Shown in pieces: positions 37,060-46,014 of a stretch of DNA of 64,000 nt. The stretch covers positions 19,130 through 83,129 of IMG/VR virus record IMGVR_UViG_2919450847_000005. One strand, written 5' to 3'. Position numbers and translations under genes: made by a program. This stretch comes from a virus. Lineage: Duplodnaviria; Caudoviricetes. Each line of letters begins with the position of its first letter. Position 1 is the first letter of the stretch. The notes below the pieces were generated by a model, which was not told where the DNA came from, searched no databases, and saw only the letters and a list, made by a program, of their open reading frames with translations.

Positions 37060-37634
37060 GCCGCTTTCTCCGTGTTGAATTTGGTGGTCTCGTTACCGAA
37101 TGCGTGCCAGCCCGGCCGCTGCTCGCGCGCGAAAACGTCGGCGCGGCGGGCGTGGGGCATCACGCGGTCGCAAATGGCGTAGAACTCGTCGGGCTTGCGG
37201 CTGTGTTCACGCACGACCCCGTCGAATACCGTGCGTGGCACCCAGCTCTGCCTTGGGTTACCGATGGCACCAACTACAACGATCTCGCCGGTGGTGCGGA
37301 CACGATATCCTGTACCCATCCGCTCCTTGCCCTTGGCCGTGCGCTTCCGCCAGACCAAGAAGGACTTGTACTTGAACCCCCACGCCTTGACGCAGTCGAT
37401 GGCGAGGGGGAGTTGCGGTGCCGTCGCCCAGAGGTAGAGGAGGCAATTCATCGAAGCGAGCGAACCCACCGGCAGGGCAAGGATCTCGTGGTCCATCATG
37501 CAGGGGTATTGCCGCTGCGCCGATTTGGCGTTGCCCTTCTCGCTATACAGCCCGAAGTCCCACGGTGGGTCGACCACAATGAGTTCGTAGTGCAGCGGGA
37601 GCAGGGGATCGAAGAACCATGTGCTCGCGCTCAC
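36900..37634 (-). CDS. MT-A70 family adenine methyltransferase (C-terminally extended, probable stop loss)
   Basis: IVVDPPW, LYLWAT, WGFKYK, REHSRKP, GWHAFGNE. Confidence 0.9.
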   Translation of the reverse strand: MSASTWFFDPLLPLHYELIVVDPPWDFGLYSEKGNAKSAQRQYPCMMDHEILALPVGSLASMNCLLYLWATAPQLPLAIDCVKAWGFKYKSFLVWRKRTAKGKERMGTGYRVRTTGEIVVVGAIGNPRQSWVPRTVFDGVVREHSRKPDEFYAICDRVMPHARRADVFAREQRPGWHAFGNETTKFNTEKAACEMARPAPTLSSIPAEPQGLLIALPEVQASGTGHGALSRKTMARRMRNLQRT

Positions 37635-37647
37635 GTTCCCGCCGCCC

Positions 37648-37899
37648 TTAGCGCTTCGGTGCCGGGACGTCGCGGCCGGGGGTAGCGCCGTTGTCGAGCG
37701 TGATTTGCCCGATTACGGCAACCTCCTCGAGCCGCTGCTCATCAAACCAGTGCCCCTCCAGCAGCTTGCCGTCCTTGTCGACGCCCGGCTGGAGAAGCAC
37801 CTGCGAGCAGCCGGAGATGTAGTGGGAGTGGCCGGTGGCGATACCCTGGAATCGGGTGATGCAGTCGCGATAGGTACGGCCGAACTCGATCTTGCTCAC
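37648..37899 (-). CDS. Conserved phage hypothetical protein
   Basis: DCITRFQGIATG...YISGC...WFDEQRL. Confidence 0.7.
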   Translation of the reverse strand: MSKIEFGRTYRDCITRFQGIATGHSHYISGCSQVLLQPGVDKDGKLLEGHWFDEQRLEEVAVIGQITLDNGATPGRDVPAPKR

Positions 37900-37967
37900 G
37901 GAAATTTCCTCATGATGTCGGTTGACGAAAGGCGGCGATCCAGTTGAGGGATCGCCGTTCTGGGTTG

Positions 37968-38468
37968 TCAGTCTGGCTGCTCTGCCATCGCGCCGGCGAG
38001 CTCCTTGTTGACGAGCTTGTTGCCGTCGCGGATGCCATCCTCCCAGCGCTCGAATTCTCTCGTGCTGGGCTGATAGGGATTGGCGATCTGCTTTCGGAGC
38101 CGTCCCGCCGCGAAGCCCGCCTGATAGGCTCGCTCGTCCTGCGACGCGGGATCCTCGTCGAGGAGGCTCATTTGCCGGCCGATACGGTGGCCGAACAGCT
38201 TCGCGATGCGGATCTTCCGCTCGAAGTCGGCGACCACCTGGCCGACGTCCTTGTCCTCGAGCGTCTTCGCGAATTCGAGGTCCTTCTTCGTCCAGCCCAT
38301 ATCCTTCAGGCGCTTCAGCGCGGCGCCGATATCACCCTTTGTGCTCGCCATGTCGGACTCGAGGCGTTTGATCTCCCCGAAGGTGTCGAGGAACTTCTGG
38401 TCCTCCCAGATCTCCTGCTGCGTCTTCTCATTGTGCTCGCTGGTCACGATGCGCTCCTTCTTGGCCAT
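37968..38468 (-). CDS. GapR/DUF2312-like nucleoid-associated protein
   Basis: IKRLESDMASTKGDIGAALKRLKDMGW...QMSLLD. Confidence 0.5.
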   Translation of the reverse strand: MAKKERIVTSEHNEKTQQEIWEDQKFLDTFGEIKRLESDMASTKGDIGAALKRLKDMGWTKKDLEFAKTLEDKDVGQVVADFERKIRIAKLFGHRIGRQMSLLDEDPASQDERAYQAGFAAGRLRKQIANPYQPSTREFERWEDGIRDGNKLVNKELAGAMAEQPD

Positions 38469-38487
38469 CGTCGTTGGTCTCCTCGGT

Positions 38488-38805
38488 TCAGTCTTTCTCG
38501 ATGCCTAGCTGCTGGCGGGCTTCCTCGATCGGCAGGCCTGACCTCAGGAGCTCGGCATACCGAGGCTCCAGGTCGGGCGGGACGTAGAAGCCGCGGCGTG
38601 CGCGGTTGAAATCTTGGATGTGGCGCGGCATCCGCGCCCCCGCCGGCGCGCTGGGCTCATTGAGCCCCAGTTTCTTGATGCGCCGGCGCACTACTTCTCG
38701 ATGGATTCCCAGATCACGAGCGATCGCGCGCTCGGACTTCTTCAAAGAAACCAAAACGCGAAGAGCATCGTCTCGCTCAGAATTCCAAAATGGAACGCCC
38801 CCCAA
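38488..38805 (-). CDS. HTH protein resembling the GcrA N-terminal domain
   Basis: WNSERDDAL...SERAIARDLG; GGAGG before TTG. Confidence 0.55.
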   Translation of the reverse strand: MGGVPFWNSERDDALRVLVSLKKSERAIARDLGIHREVVRRRIKKLGLNEPSAPAGARMPRHIQDFNRARRGFYVPPDLEPRYAELLRSGLPIEEARQQLGIEKD

Positions 38806-38859
38806 GAAACGCCTCCAAACATGTAGTTTCTATGGAGAGATCGATACGTGACGAGGAGA

Positions 38860-39105
38860 TTATGCCTTCGATTTCGCGTTAGCCCGCCCAAGCCACTCCC
38901 AATCGATACCGGGAATTTCTCGTTTCTTGCAGGAGGCAATGAGCGCCTCCCAATAAATGGGAGCAATACTCTCCCTTCTATACATTTGCCTTGCCGCCTC
39001 ATATCCGCAGCCGACGTCGTTCGCGAACTCCACGAACGTTTTCCAACGACCAATCAGGTCGGGGATGGAGGCCGGGATAGATGAGTTCAGGTCAACGGTT
39101 GTCAT
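38860..39105 (-). CDS. Cro-like regulator
   Basis: Divergent from repressor; short HTH-like protein (FANDVGCGYEAARQMYRRESI). Confidence 0.7.
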   Translation of the reverse strand: MTTVDLNSSIPASIPDLIGRWKTFVEFANDVGCGYEAARQMYRRESIAPIYWEALIASCKKREIPGIDWEWLGRANAKSKA

Positions 39106-39144
39106 GTGGTCCTGTGCCGGGTTCCGGTTGGCCAGTTCCCAAAC

Positions 39145-39217
39145 AGTACATTTCGTACGAAGGTTGTTCAAGAGGAAATCGTACGCCTTGGACGAGGAAA
39201 ATCGTTCATCGTGTACG
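39145..39217. promoter_or_regulatory. cI/cro operator cluster (three GTAC-N5-GTAC-like sites)
   Basis: GTACatttcGTAC 39146-39158; GTACgccttGGAC 39181-39193; GTTCatcgtGTAC 39204-39216. Confidence 0.7.
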
Positions 39218-39218
39218 G

Positions 39219-39836
39219 ATGGAAGAGCCGAAGAACAGATTGCAGAAGGCGAGGGCGGCTGCGGGATTTAAGAGTCCTGCTGAGGCGGCCCGTGCGTTCC
39301 CGCGCCTCATCAACCAGAACACCCTCACCAGTAACGAGAACGGCAACCGCCCGATCTCGCGGAAGATGGCGCCGATCTATGCGGACGTCTTCGGCGTGGA
39401 TGCTGGATGGCTGTTGTACGGGCAGAAAGGGAAGGGCGCCCAAACGTCAGAAGTGGACGTTCCCGTCCTTTCCATGGTGAGTGCCGGCAATCTTCGACAC
39501 CAGCCAACGGTGGAGGAGCACGACGTACTCCGACGCATCAAGATCGGTGATCTCCCGGAGGGCGAGTGGGTTGCTCTTCAGGTGGATGGCGACTCCATGA
39601 ACAGGGTCGCGCCTGACGGAGCCATCATTGTGATCAACCGGGCGGATACGCGGCTCATTGACGGTAGGTTCTATGTGTTTTCCCTCGACGAGGGAGAGGC
39701 CACCTTCAAGATGTTCAAACGCGATCCTGATCGCCTTCAGCCGTTCTCAACGAACCCGGACCACATGGCGACGCCGGCGGACCGCGAGGATCTCTATGTG
39801 TTCGGCCGTGTGAGAAGGGTCATCCATGACATCTGA
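39219..39836 (+). CDS. CI-like repressor (HTH plus S24 peptidase)
   Basis: RLQKARAAAGF...ENG; VSAG cleavage site; VDGDSM; ATFK. Confidence 0.92.
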   Translation: MEEPKNRLQKARAAAGFKSPAEAARAFPRLINQNTLTSNENGNRPISRKMAPIYADVFGVDAGWLLYGQKGKGAQTSEVDVPVLSMVSAGNLRHQPTVEEHDVLRRIKIGDLPEGEWVALQVDGDSMNRVAPDGAIIVINRADTRLIDGRFYVFSLDEGEATFKMFKRDPDRLQPFSTNPDHMATPADREDLYVFGRVRRVIHDI

Positions 39837-40167
39837 AAGGATCGTGCTCGCCGGCTTTCTTTCCGCCATCCTGGCTGCTTCGCCAGCAGTCGCAGATTCA
39901 ATCCCGATCGATAAATTTTCGGTGTTCGGCAAGCCAGATGATAGAGCCGAGGCGGTTGAGGCGGCGACATTCGTCAAATCGTCGGGGAACATCTGCTTCA
40001 GCATTTCTGGGGGCATTTCAATGCCAAGCAGGGATGGGGCGGTGGGGTTCCGACTCATGTGCGATAAGTTCCTGCGCACATATGATGTCGTCGACAATGG
40101 CGTAAACCGGGTCATCTTCCAGATGGAATCCGGGTCGCCGTTCGTTTTAGGGAACGCCCCTCAATAG
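39826..40167 (+). CDS. Exported hypothetical protein co-transcribed with cI
   Basis: Signal peptide ending AVA-D. Confidence 0.6.
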   Translation: MTSERIVLAGFLSAILAASPAVADSIPIDKFSVFGKPDDRAEAVEAATFVKSSGNICFSISGGISMPSRDGAVGFRLMCDKFLRTYDVVDNGVNRVIFQMESGSPFVLGNAPQ

Positions 40168-40211
40168 AACGTACACCATTCTTCTCATGTCTTGCTCTTG
40201 TTCTATCTTTC

Positions 40212-40321
40212 GCTCTGCTTGATCAGTGGTGAGCCTAGAGCCCGGACATAGGAGGACTAAGCCCCGTGCTCTGAGAGCATCCGGGGTTAGCCCCTATGCC
40301 GAGTGACTTGATCAGCGGAGC
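40212..40321 (+). ncRNA. Candidate rod-like structured RNA
   Basis: Nested helices GCTCTGCT/AGCGGAGC, CATAGG/CCTATG, CTAAGCCCCG/CGGGGTTAG, TGCTC/GAGCA; strand not certain. Confidence 0.45.
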
Positions 40322-40464
40322 CGCCTGTCACCCATCCCCGACGGTCGTCTTCCAGCGCCGCCAGTCGTCCGCACTTTTTCGTCGCTCCTGGTAGAGCAAC
40401 GGCAGGTACCCCTTCGGACTTTCGGAGTGGGGCTTCTATTTACCTGCGCCCGATGGTATAGAAC

Positions 40465-40550
40465 AAACCGCGATCAAACGGAGAGGTCGCCACCGTCTTC
40501 AAACCAACCGACCTCTTTTCGAAGCCCCGGGTCTCCAGCCCGGGGTTTTT
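40465..40550 (+). ncRNA. Candidate small RNA with own promoter and terminator
   Basis: TTCTAT-N17-TATAGA upstream; hairpin GAGAGGTCG/CGACCTCTT; terminator AAGCCCCGGG/CCCGGGGTTTTT. Confidence 0.5.
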
Positions 40551-40589
40551 CGTTTGTACGACCAGCCGCACCCCTCGGCAAGATTTTTC

Positions 40590-40631
40590 GTACAAAACGT
40601 ACTTGACCATGTTTCGTACATAACGTACGTT
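40590..40631 (+). promoter_or_regulatory. PL-like promoter with two operators
   Basis: TTGACC(40603)-N17-TACGTT; GTAC-N5-GTAC at 40590-40602 and 40616-40628. Confidence 0.75.
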
Positions 40632-40868
40632 TCGATCGTCAGCCGGGCGAGGCGGCTATGCCGAGCGGCACATCCCAACTGCAGGCGGAAATGGCAGGAG
40701 CCATCCGAGCCTTGCACAGCGGCGATGAGCCCTCGGAGAGGTGACGCGATCACATGAAATTCGCCCGGATCGCGTGTCTGGCCCACTGCCACGGGGTGGT
40801 TCTTTAGCCACGCCTTCGCGCCAACGATTCCGTCGGGGGATGTGAGGTTCCTCGACAAGGGGAGCCTC

Positions 40869-42167
40869 ATGAAAATCGTCTCGCTTCGCGCCGAGAACAT
40901 CAAGCGACTGACCGCCGTCGAGATCACGCCACAGGGAAATGTGGTGGAGATCACCGGCAAGAATGGCCAGGGCAAGACGTCCATCCTGGATGCGATCTGG
41001 TGGGCGCTCGGCGGCAAGAAGCCGGTGCAGTCGAAGCCGGTGCGGGACGGCGCCGAGAAGGGCGTCATCGAGCTCGACATCGGCGACTACGTGGTCACCA
41101 AGACCTTCAAGGTGAAAGAGGGGGGCGACTACACCGAGATCCTGACGGTCAAGAACCGCGACGGCTTCAAGGCATCAAGCCCCCAGGACGTGTTGAACGG
41201 CTTCCTCGGCGAGCTCACTTTCGACCCCCTATCGTTCTCCCGCATGAAAGCGGCCGATCAGGTGACCGCGCTGCGCAGCATGGTGCCCGGCTTCGACTTC
41301 GCGGCCGCCGACCAGGCCAACAAGGAGGACTTCGCGGCCCGCACCGAGGTGAACCGCAAGGCCAAGGATCTCGTCCCGGTGATCGACGATATCCGCGTTC
41401 CCGACGACACGCCGGACGAGCGGATCAGCGTCGAAAGCCTGATGGCCGAACTGAGCGGTGCGCTGGACCACAACAGCAAGATCGACCAGCAACTCGCCAA
41501 CCAGCGGCGGCTGCAGGATGGCATCGCGTCGTTCAAGGCCACGCGGCTGCGGAACGCCGAGCGCATCGCCAACCTGGAGAGGCAGATCGAGGATCTGAGG
41601 AACGAGGATCTTCAGACCACCGAGGCGCAGGCGGAAGCGGAACGCCTGCTCGGGACACTGGTCATCGACGACCCGATCGACATCGTGCCGATCCGGCAGC
41701 GCATCAGCGAATCCGAGACCACCAACCGCAACGTCGACCAGAAGGACCGGCTCGCGTCGCTGGTGAAGCAGCGGAAGGGCCTGCTCGATGAGAGCGAAGC
41801 CCTCACCAGGGCGATGGAGGCTCGAAAGGAGGCCGCGGCGAAGGCGGTGCGCGAGGCGAAGCTTCCGGTCGCCGGGCTGGAGCTCGCCGAGGACGCGGTG
41901 CTCCTCAATGGCCAGCCCTTCGACCAGGCCAGCGATGCCGAGCAACTGCGGGTGTCGGTGGCCGTCGCCGGCGCGATGAACCCGAAGCTCCGAGTCGTGC
42001 GGGTGCGCGATGGCTCGCTCCTCGACGAGGACTCCATGGCGGCGCTTGCCCGCTATGCGGAGGAGAATGACCTGCAGATATGGGTCGAGACTGTCCAGTC
42101 GGGCCGCGACAGCGCGATCGTCATCGAGGACGGCATGGTTGCTCAGGTTCGCGAGGCTGCGGAATGA
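40869..42167 (+). CDS. SMC/SbcC-like AAA ATPase
   Basis: ENIKRL...GKNGQGKTS; coiled coil; QASDAEQ; DGSLLD. Confidence 0.88.
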   Translation: MKIVSLRAENIKRLTAVEITPQGNVVEITGKNGQGKTSILDAIWWALGGKKPVQSKPVRDGAEKGVIELDIGDYVVTKTFKVKEGGDYTEILTVKNRDGFKASSPQDVLNGFLGELTFDPLSFSRMKAADQVTALRSMVPGFDFAAADQANKEDFAARTEVNRKAKDLVPVIDDIRVPDDTPDERISVESLMAELSGALDHNSKIDQQLANQRRLQDGIASFKATRLRNAERIANLERQIEDLRNEDLQTTEAQAEAERLLGTLVIDDPIDIVPIRQRISESETTNRNVDQKDRLASLVKQRKGLLDESEALTRAMEARKEAAAKAVREAKLPVAGLELAEDAVLLNGQPFDQASDAEQLRVSVAVAGAMNPKLRVVRVRDGSLLDEDSMAALARYAEENDLQIWVETVQSGRDSAIVIEDGMVAQVREAAE

Positions 42168-43261
42168 GCGAGCTGCTCCCTTTGGGCCTTCACCTCGGCC
42201 TTGCGGAGGAGGCCTACCACGCCGATCCGGCTCTCGGCTCCACCTCGATCAAGGGGCTGGCGACCAAGCCGTGCAAGTGGCAGTACGACCGCCTACGGCC
42301 GCGCAAGGACGTGGAGCCGGAGCATCTGGTCTGGGGGCGGGCATGGCATTGCCGCGTCCTGGAGGGCAAGGCTGCGTTCGAACAGCGCTACGCCAAGCCG
42401 CCGCGCCCGGAAGATTATCCCGACGCCCTTAATACGACCGACCAGATCAAGGATTTCCTGCGCATGCATGGCCAGAAGCTGACCGGCAACAAGCCGGAGC
42501 TGATGGCGCGCGCAAAGGAGATGGACGACTGCCCGGCGTTCTTCGACGAAATCTTCGCGCGGTGGTCGGCTGAGCATCCCGACCATGTGCAGCTGACTGA
42601 TCGGCAGGTGCAGGAGATCGAGGACGCAGTCGCCAACATGGAGCGGGATCCGACCCTCTCCTCGGTCATGACCGCGGGCTCGCTGCTCGATGGCGCCGCC
42701 GAGATGTCGGTCATTTGGGTTGATGAGCGCGGCATCCGCCGGAAGTGCCGTTACGACTACGGCATTGGGCCAACGCCTCAGCGCCCAAAGTCTCTCATTG
42801 TCGATCTCAAGTCATTCACCTCCTACAAGGGCGGCTCCGACGAAGAGGCGGCGATCCGCAAGGTCTACGACGAGTTCTATGACTTGCAGACCGGCGGGTA
42901 CATGGACGGCTACGTGGCCGGCCGCGCCTTCCTGAGTGAAGGGCAGGTATTTGGCATCCCGCCAGCGCCTGGCTATCTCGAGTCGTTCTTCAACGCGCCC
43001 GGCGTCGACTGGGTGTGGATCTTCATGCGGCGGGACAATGGGATGATCCCGATCACGCTGTCGATCGATACCGAGGACGTGATGTTCGTCGAGGCGCGCA
43101 AGACCGTCACCGCGGCGCTCGACACCTACCTCGCCTACGTCGCCCGGTTCGGTGTCGACCAACTCTGGACGCCGCCGCCGAAGGCTCCCCTCCGGCTGAA
43201 CCACACCGTCATGCCCACCTACAACCGAGGGATCCTCCATGAGCAGCCGAACCACCGCTAA
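42164..43261 (+). CDS. PD-(D/E)xK exonuclease (ExoVIII/RecE C-terminal-like)
   Basis: YHADPALGST; WGRAWHCRVLE; KCRYD; IVDLKS; YDLQ. Confidence 0.85.
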   Translation: MSELLPLGLHLGLAEEAYHADPALGSTSIKGLATKPCKWQYDRLRPRKDVEPEHLVWGRAWHCRVLEGKAAFEQRYAKPPRPEDYPDALNTTDQIKDFLRMHGQKLTGNKPELMARAKEMDDCPAFFDEIFARWSAEHPDHVQLTDRQVQEIEDAVANMERDPTLSSVMTAGSLLDGAAEMSVIWVDERGIRRKCRYDYGIGPTPQRPKSLIVDLKSFTSYKGGSDEEAAIRKVYDEFYDLQTGGYMDGYVAGRAFLSEGQVFGIPPAPGYLESFFNAPGVDWVWIFMRRDNGMIPITLSIDTEDVMFVEARKTVTAALDTYLAYVARFGVDQLWTPPPKAPLRLNHTVMPTYNRGILHEQPNHR

Positions 43262-44501
43262 GGCAGTGGCGCTCGCCACCGATCCGGCGGCCATCCTCGA
43301 TGAGGTGAGGGGAGATATCGCCCCGCTGCTCGCGGAGAACGGTCAGAGCTACGACCGCCTTCGGTCGACGCTGATGATCGCGATCCAGCAGGAGCCGAAG
43401 ATCCTGGAATGCACGGCCGACAGCCTGCGTCGCGAGATCATGAAGTGTGCCGCCGACGGTCTGGTGCCCGACTCCAAGGAAGCGGTGCTGCTCCCGTACT
43501 GGGATAGCAAGGCTGGCGTCATGCTGGCGAACTACCAACCCATGGTTCACGGCGTTATCAAGCGCCTGCGCGAACTTGGCGGCGTGTTCTCGATCGTCTG
43601 CAAGCTGGTCTACGAGAAGGACGAGTTCATCCTCGACGAGGCTGATCCCGACTCCCTCTCGCATAAGTCCGACCCGTTCTCCAAGGATCGTGGACCGGTG
43701 GTTGGCGGCTATGTGGTGTTTCGCGACGACCAGAAGCGGGTGATGCACCTCGAGACCATGTCGGTCGACGAGTTCGAGAAGGTGCGCAAGGCGTCGAAGG
43801 CACCCAATAGCCCGGCCTGGACGAACTGGGGCGACGAGATGCGGCGCAAAGCCGTGCTCCGCCGCGGTTCGAAATACATCTCGGTCGACAACGACAAGAT
43901 CCGCGCGCTGCTCCAGCGCCAGGACGACATGTTCGATTTCAGCCAGCCGCGCGTGGCCGAGCGTGTCGATCCGTTCTCCGGGCGGATCATTGAAGGGGAG
44001 ACCCGCCCTGCCGTCCAGAGTGCCGCCACCGCGGCCATCGAGAACAAGCCGGCCATCGCTATGCCGCAGGACCGGCAGCCGGCTCCAGCGTCGAATGTCA
44101 ACAGCGGCGATGCCGCGCCGCGTGAGACAGGGCGTGTCGAGAGTGACACGGGCAGGAACGAAGGGCCGAAGCCGGCACCGCTGGACCTGCCTGACATGAC
44201 CGTCGACGCGGCCGACCGCGAGAAGGCCATTGAGGGCGTCACCAAGCTGCTCGCCATTGGCCTGGAAGCTGGCATCACGCCGAAAGAGCGCAGCGACATG
44301 CTGAAGGATGCCGCGCCGCTCTGGAAGGGGGCGACCCCCGAATATCTGCACCCGCTGCTGAAGGCCTGTGTCGACATCACCCTGTGGGCGGTCAAGGCCG
44401 ATGCCGAGGGCCGTCCCTGGACGGCGGATCACGCCATGTTCGTCCACAAGGTTCGGGCCCTGCTCGACGTTCCTAAGCTTGCCATCGGCAAGTATCCGTG
44501 A
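43239..44501 (+). CDS. recT: RecT-like recombinase
   Basis: CAADGLVPD..EAVLLPY; YQPMVHG; VYEKDEF; EMRRKAVLRR. Confidence 0.88.
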   Translation: MSSRTTAKAVALATDPAAILDEVRGDIAPLLAENGQSYDRLRSTLMIAIQQEPKILECTADSLRREIMKCAADGLVPDSKEAVLLPYWDSKAGVMLANYQPMVHGVIKRLRELGGVFSIVCKLVYEKDEFILDEADPDSLSHKSDPFSKDRGPVVGGYVVFRDDQKRVMHLETMSVDEFEKVRKASKAPNSPAWTNWGDEMRRKAVLRRGSKYISVDNDKIRALLQRQDDMFDFSQPRVAERVDPFSGRIIEGETRPAVQSAATAAIENKPAIAMPQDRQPAPASNVNSGDAAPRETGRVESDTGRNEGPKPAPLDLPDMTVDAADREKAIEGVTKLLAIGLEAGITPKERSDMLKDAAPLWKGATPEYLHPLLKACVDITLWAVKADAEGRPWTADHAMFVHKVRALLDVPKLAIGKYP

Positions 44502-44511
44502 GGCCGCTGCC

Positions 44512-45237
44512 ATGAAAATTCGCGTCGTGGACTTCGAGACGACCGGCATGGTCGGCAAGGACGAGCCGGTCGGCATCGTCGAGGCGGGATGGACGGATGT
44601 CCTTCTCGGCGGCTCCATGCCCCACATCACCCGCCCCAGCTTCCTGATGGTGAATCCCGGCATCCCGGTGATGCCGGAGGCGCGAGCCGCCCACCACCTC
44701 ACCGACGACGAGATAGCCGGCGGCGTGTCGCCGGAGGACGCGCACGCGTTTCTCTACACGGGCATGGAGTTGGGCGACGTGTTCGCCGCGCACCATGCGA
44801 AGTTCGACCGCGCGCTGTTTTCTGGCGATCCGTTCCCGTGGATCTGCACCATGGTTTGCGCCAAGCACCTGTGGCCGGACATGCCTTCGTACGGCAACCA
44901 GGCGCTTCGCTATCGGCTCGGGATCGACAAAGGATTCGTCTGGCCGGAACTGGCGATGCCGCCACACCGAGCAGGGCCGGACACCTATGTCACTGCTCAC
45001 ATTCTCGGCCGGATGCTGTCGACGACACCTGCCGCGCGGCTGGTGGAGCTCACAACAACGCCGGTGCTGCTCAAGACGGTGCCGTTCGGCAAATACGAGG
45101 GGCAGCTCTGGTCCGACATGGACCGCGGCTATCTCGAGTGGGTGGTCGATCCGAAGCGCGAATTTAAGCAGGAGGTCGTCGACACGGCCAACCACTGGCT
45201 GCGTCGGCTGAGCCAGTACCGCGATCCGTTCGCGTGA
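44512..45237 (+). CDS. DEDDh 3'-5' exonuclease (ExoX-like)
   Basis: VDFETTG; AHHAKFD; HRAGPD; PFGKY. Confidence 0.9.
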   Translation: MKIRVVDFETTGMVGKDEPVGIVEAGWTDVLLGGSMPHITRPSFLMVNPGIPVMPEARAAHHLTDDEIAGGVSPEDAHAFLYTGMELGDVFAAHHAKFDRALFSGDPFPWICTMVCAKHLWPDMPSYGNQALRYRLGIDKGFVWPELAMPPHRAGPDTYVTAHILGRMLSTTPAARLVELTTTPVLLKTVPFGKYEGQLWSDMDRGYLEWVVDPKREFKQEVVDTANHWLRRLSQYRDPFA

Positions 45238-45244
45238 GGCAGCT

Positions 45245-45670
45245 ATGGCCGATATCCCGCCGCGCCCCTCGCTAACCCCCAAGCAGAAGCTGACCATCAT
45301 GGCTCGCTACTGCCGATGCCCGGGCCTTCCCGAGCGCGGCGTGAAGTGCGGCAAGCACCTGCCGGCGATGTCGGACTGCGAGTTTGACCACATCCATGCT
45401 CGCGCCTTGGGCGGCTCTGACGACCTCGAGAACATGCGTCCCCTCTGCCCGTCCTGCCACAAGGTGAAAACCAATGGGCTGGGCGGGGAGAAGCGGATCG
45501 CCTCCGCCGGCAGCGACAAGCACGCGATCGCCAAGGCACGCCGCATTTCCAAGAACGAAGAGGCATTTCGGCAGCGCCTCCTGGCCAAGCAGGCGGGAGA
45601 CGAGCCGGCTCCGCGCAAGAGCCGCTGGCCAAGCCGTCCTTTCCCTAAGCGGAAGAAGGAACCGTCATGA
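45245..45670 (+). CDS. HNH endonuclease
   Basis: EFDHIHARALGGSDDLENMRPLCPSCHKVKT. Confidence 0.9.
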   Translation: MADIPPRPSLTPKQKLTIMARYCRCPGLPERGVKCGKHLPAMSDCEFDHIHARALGGSDDLENMRPLCPSCHKVKTNGLGGEKRIASAGSDKHAIAKARRISKNEEAFRQRLLAKQAGDEPAPRKSRWPSRPFPKRKKEPS

Positions 45671-46014
45671 ACGCACAGGACAGGAATCCTGCTGCTCTCT
45701 CGCCGAAGGAGGTGGAACAGCTGCAGGGGCGCATCACACAGCTTGAGGGGCAGGTCAGGGGCCTCGTCCGCGCGAACTTGGCGCTCTTCACTGAGAATGA
45801 CAGCCTCAAGCGGCACCGAACCGATCTGCAGATCGCCAATAACGCCTATCTCGAGCGAGCGCGCCTCGCCGAGCGCAGCAGCGTCAAGATTACGATCGGC
45901 GCGACCCGGGCGGAGAAGATGATGCTCGCCATCCTTGGGTTCGTGCTCGGCCTTATCGCCGGCATCTTGCTGGCCATGGGCCACCTGGCCGCCACTGGCA
46001 CGGGGGAGCTCTAA
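45667..46014 (+). CDS. Coiled-coil protein with C-terminal TM
   Basis: Coupled ORF. Confidence 0.6.
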   Translation: MNAQDRNPAALSPKEVEQLQGRITQLEGQVRGLVRANLALFTENDSLKRHRTDLQIANNAYLERARLAERSSVKITIGATRAEKMMLAILGFVLGLIAGILLAMGHLAATGTGEL

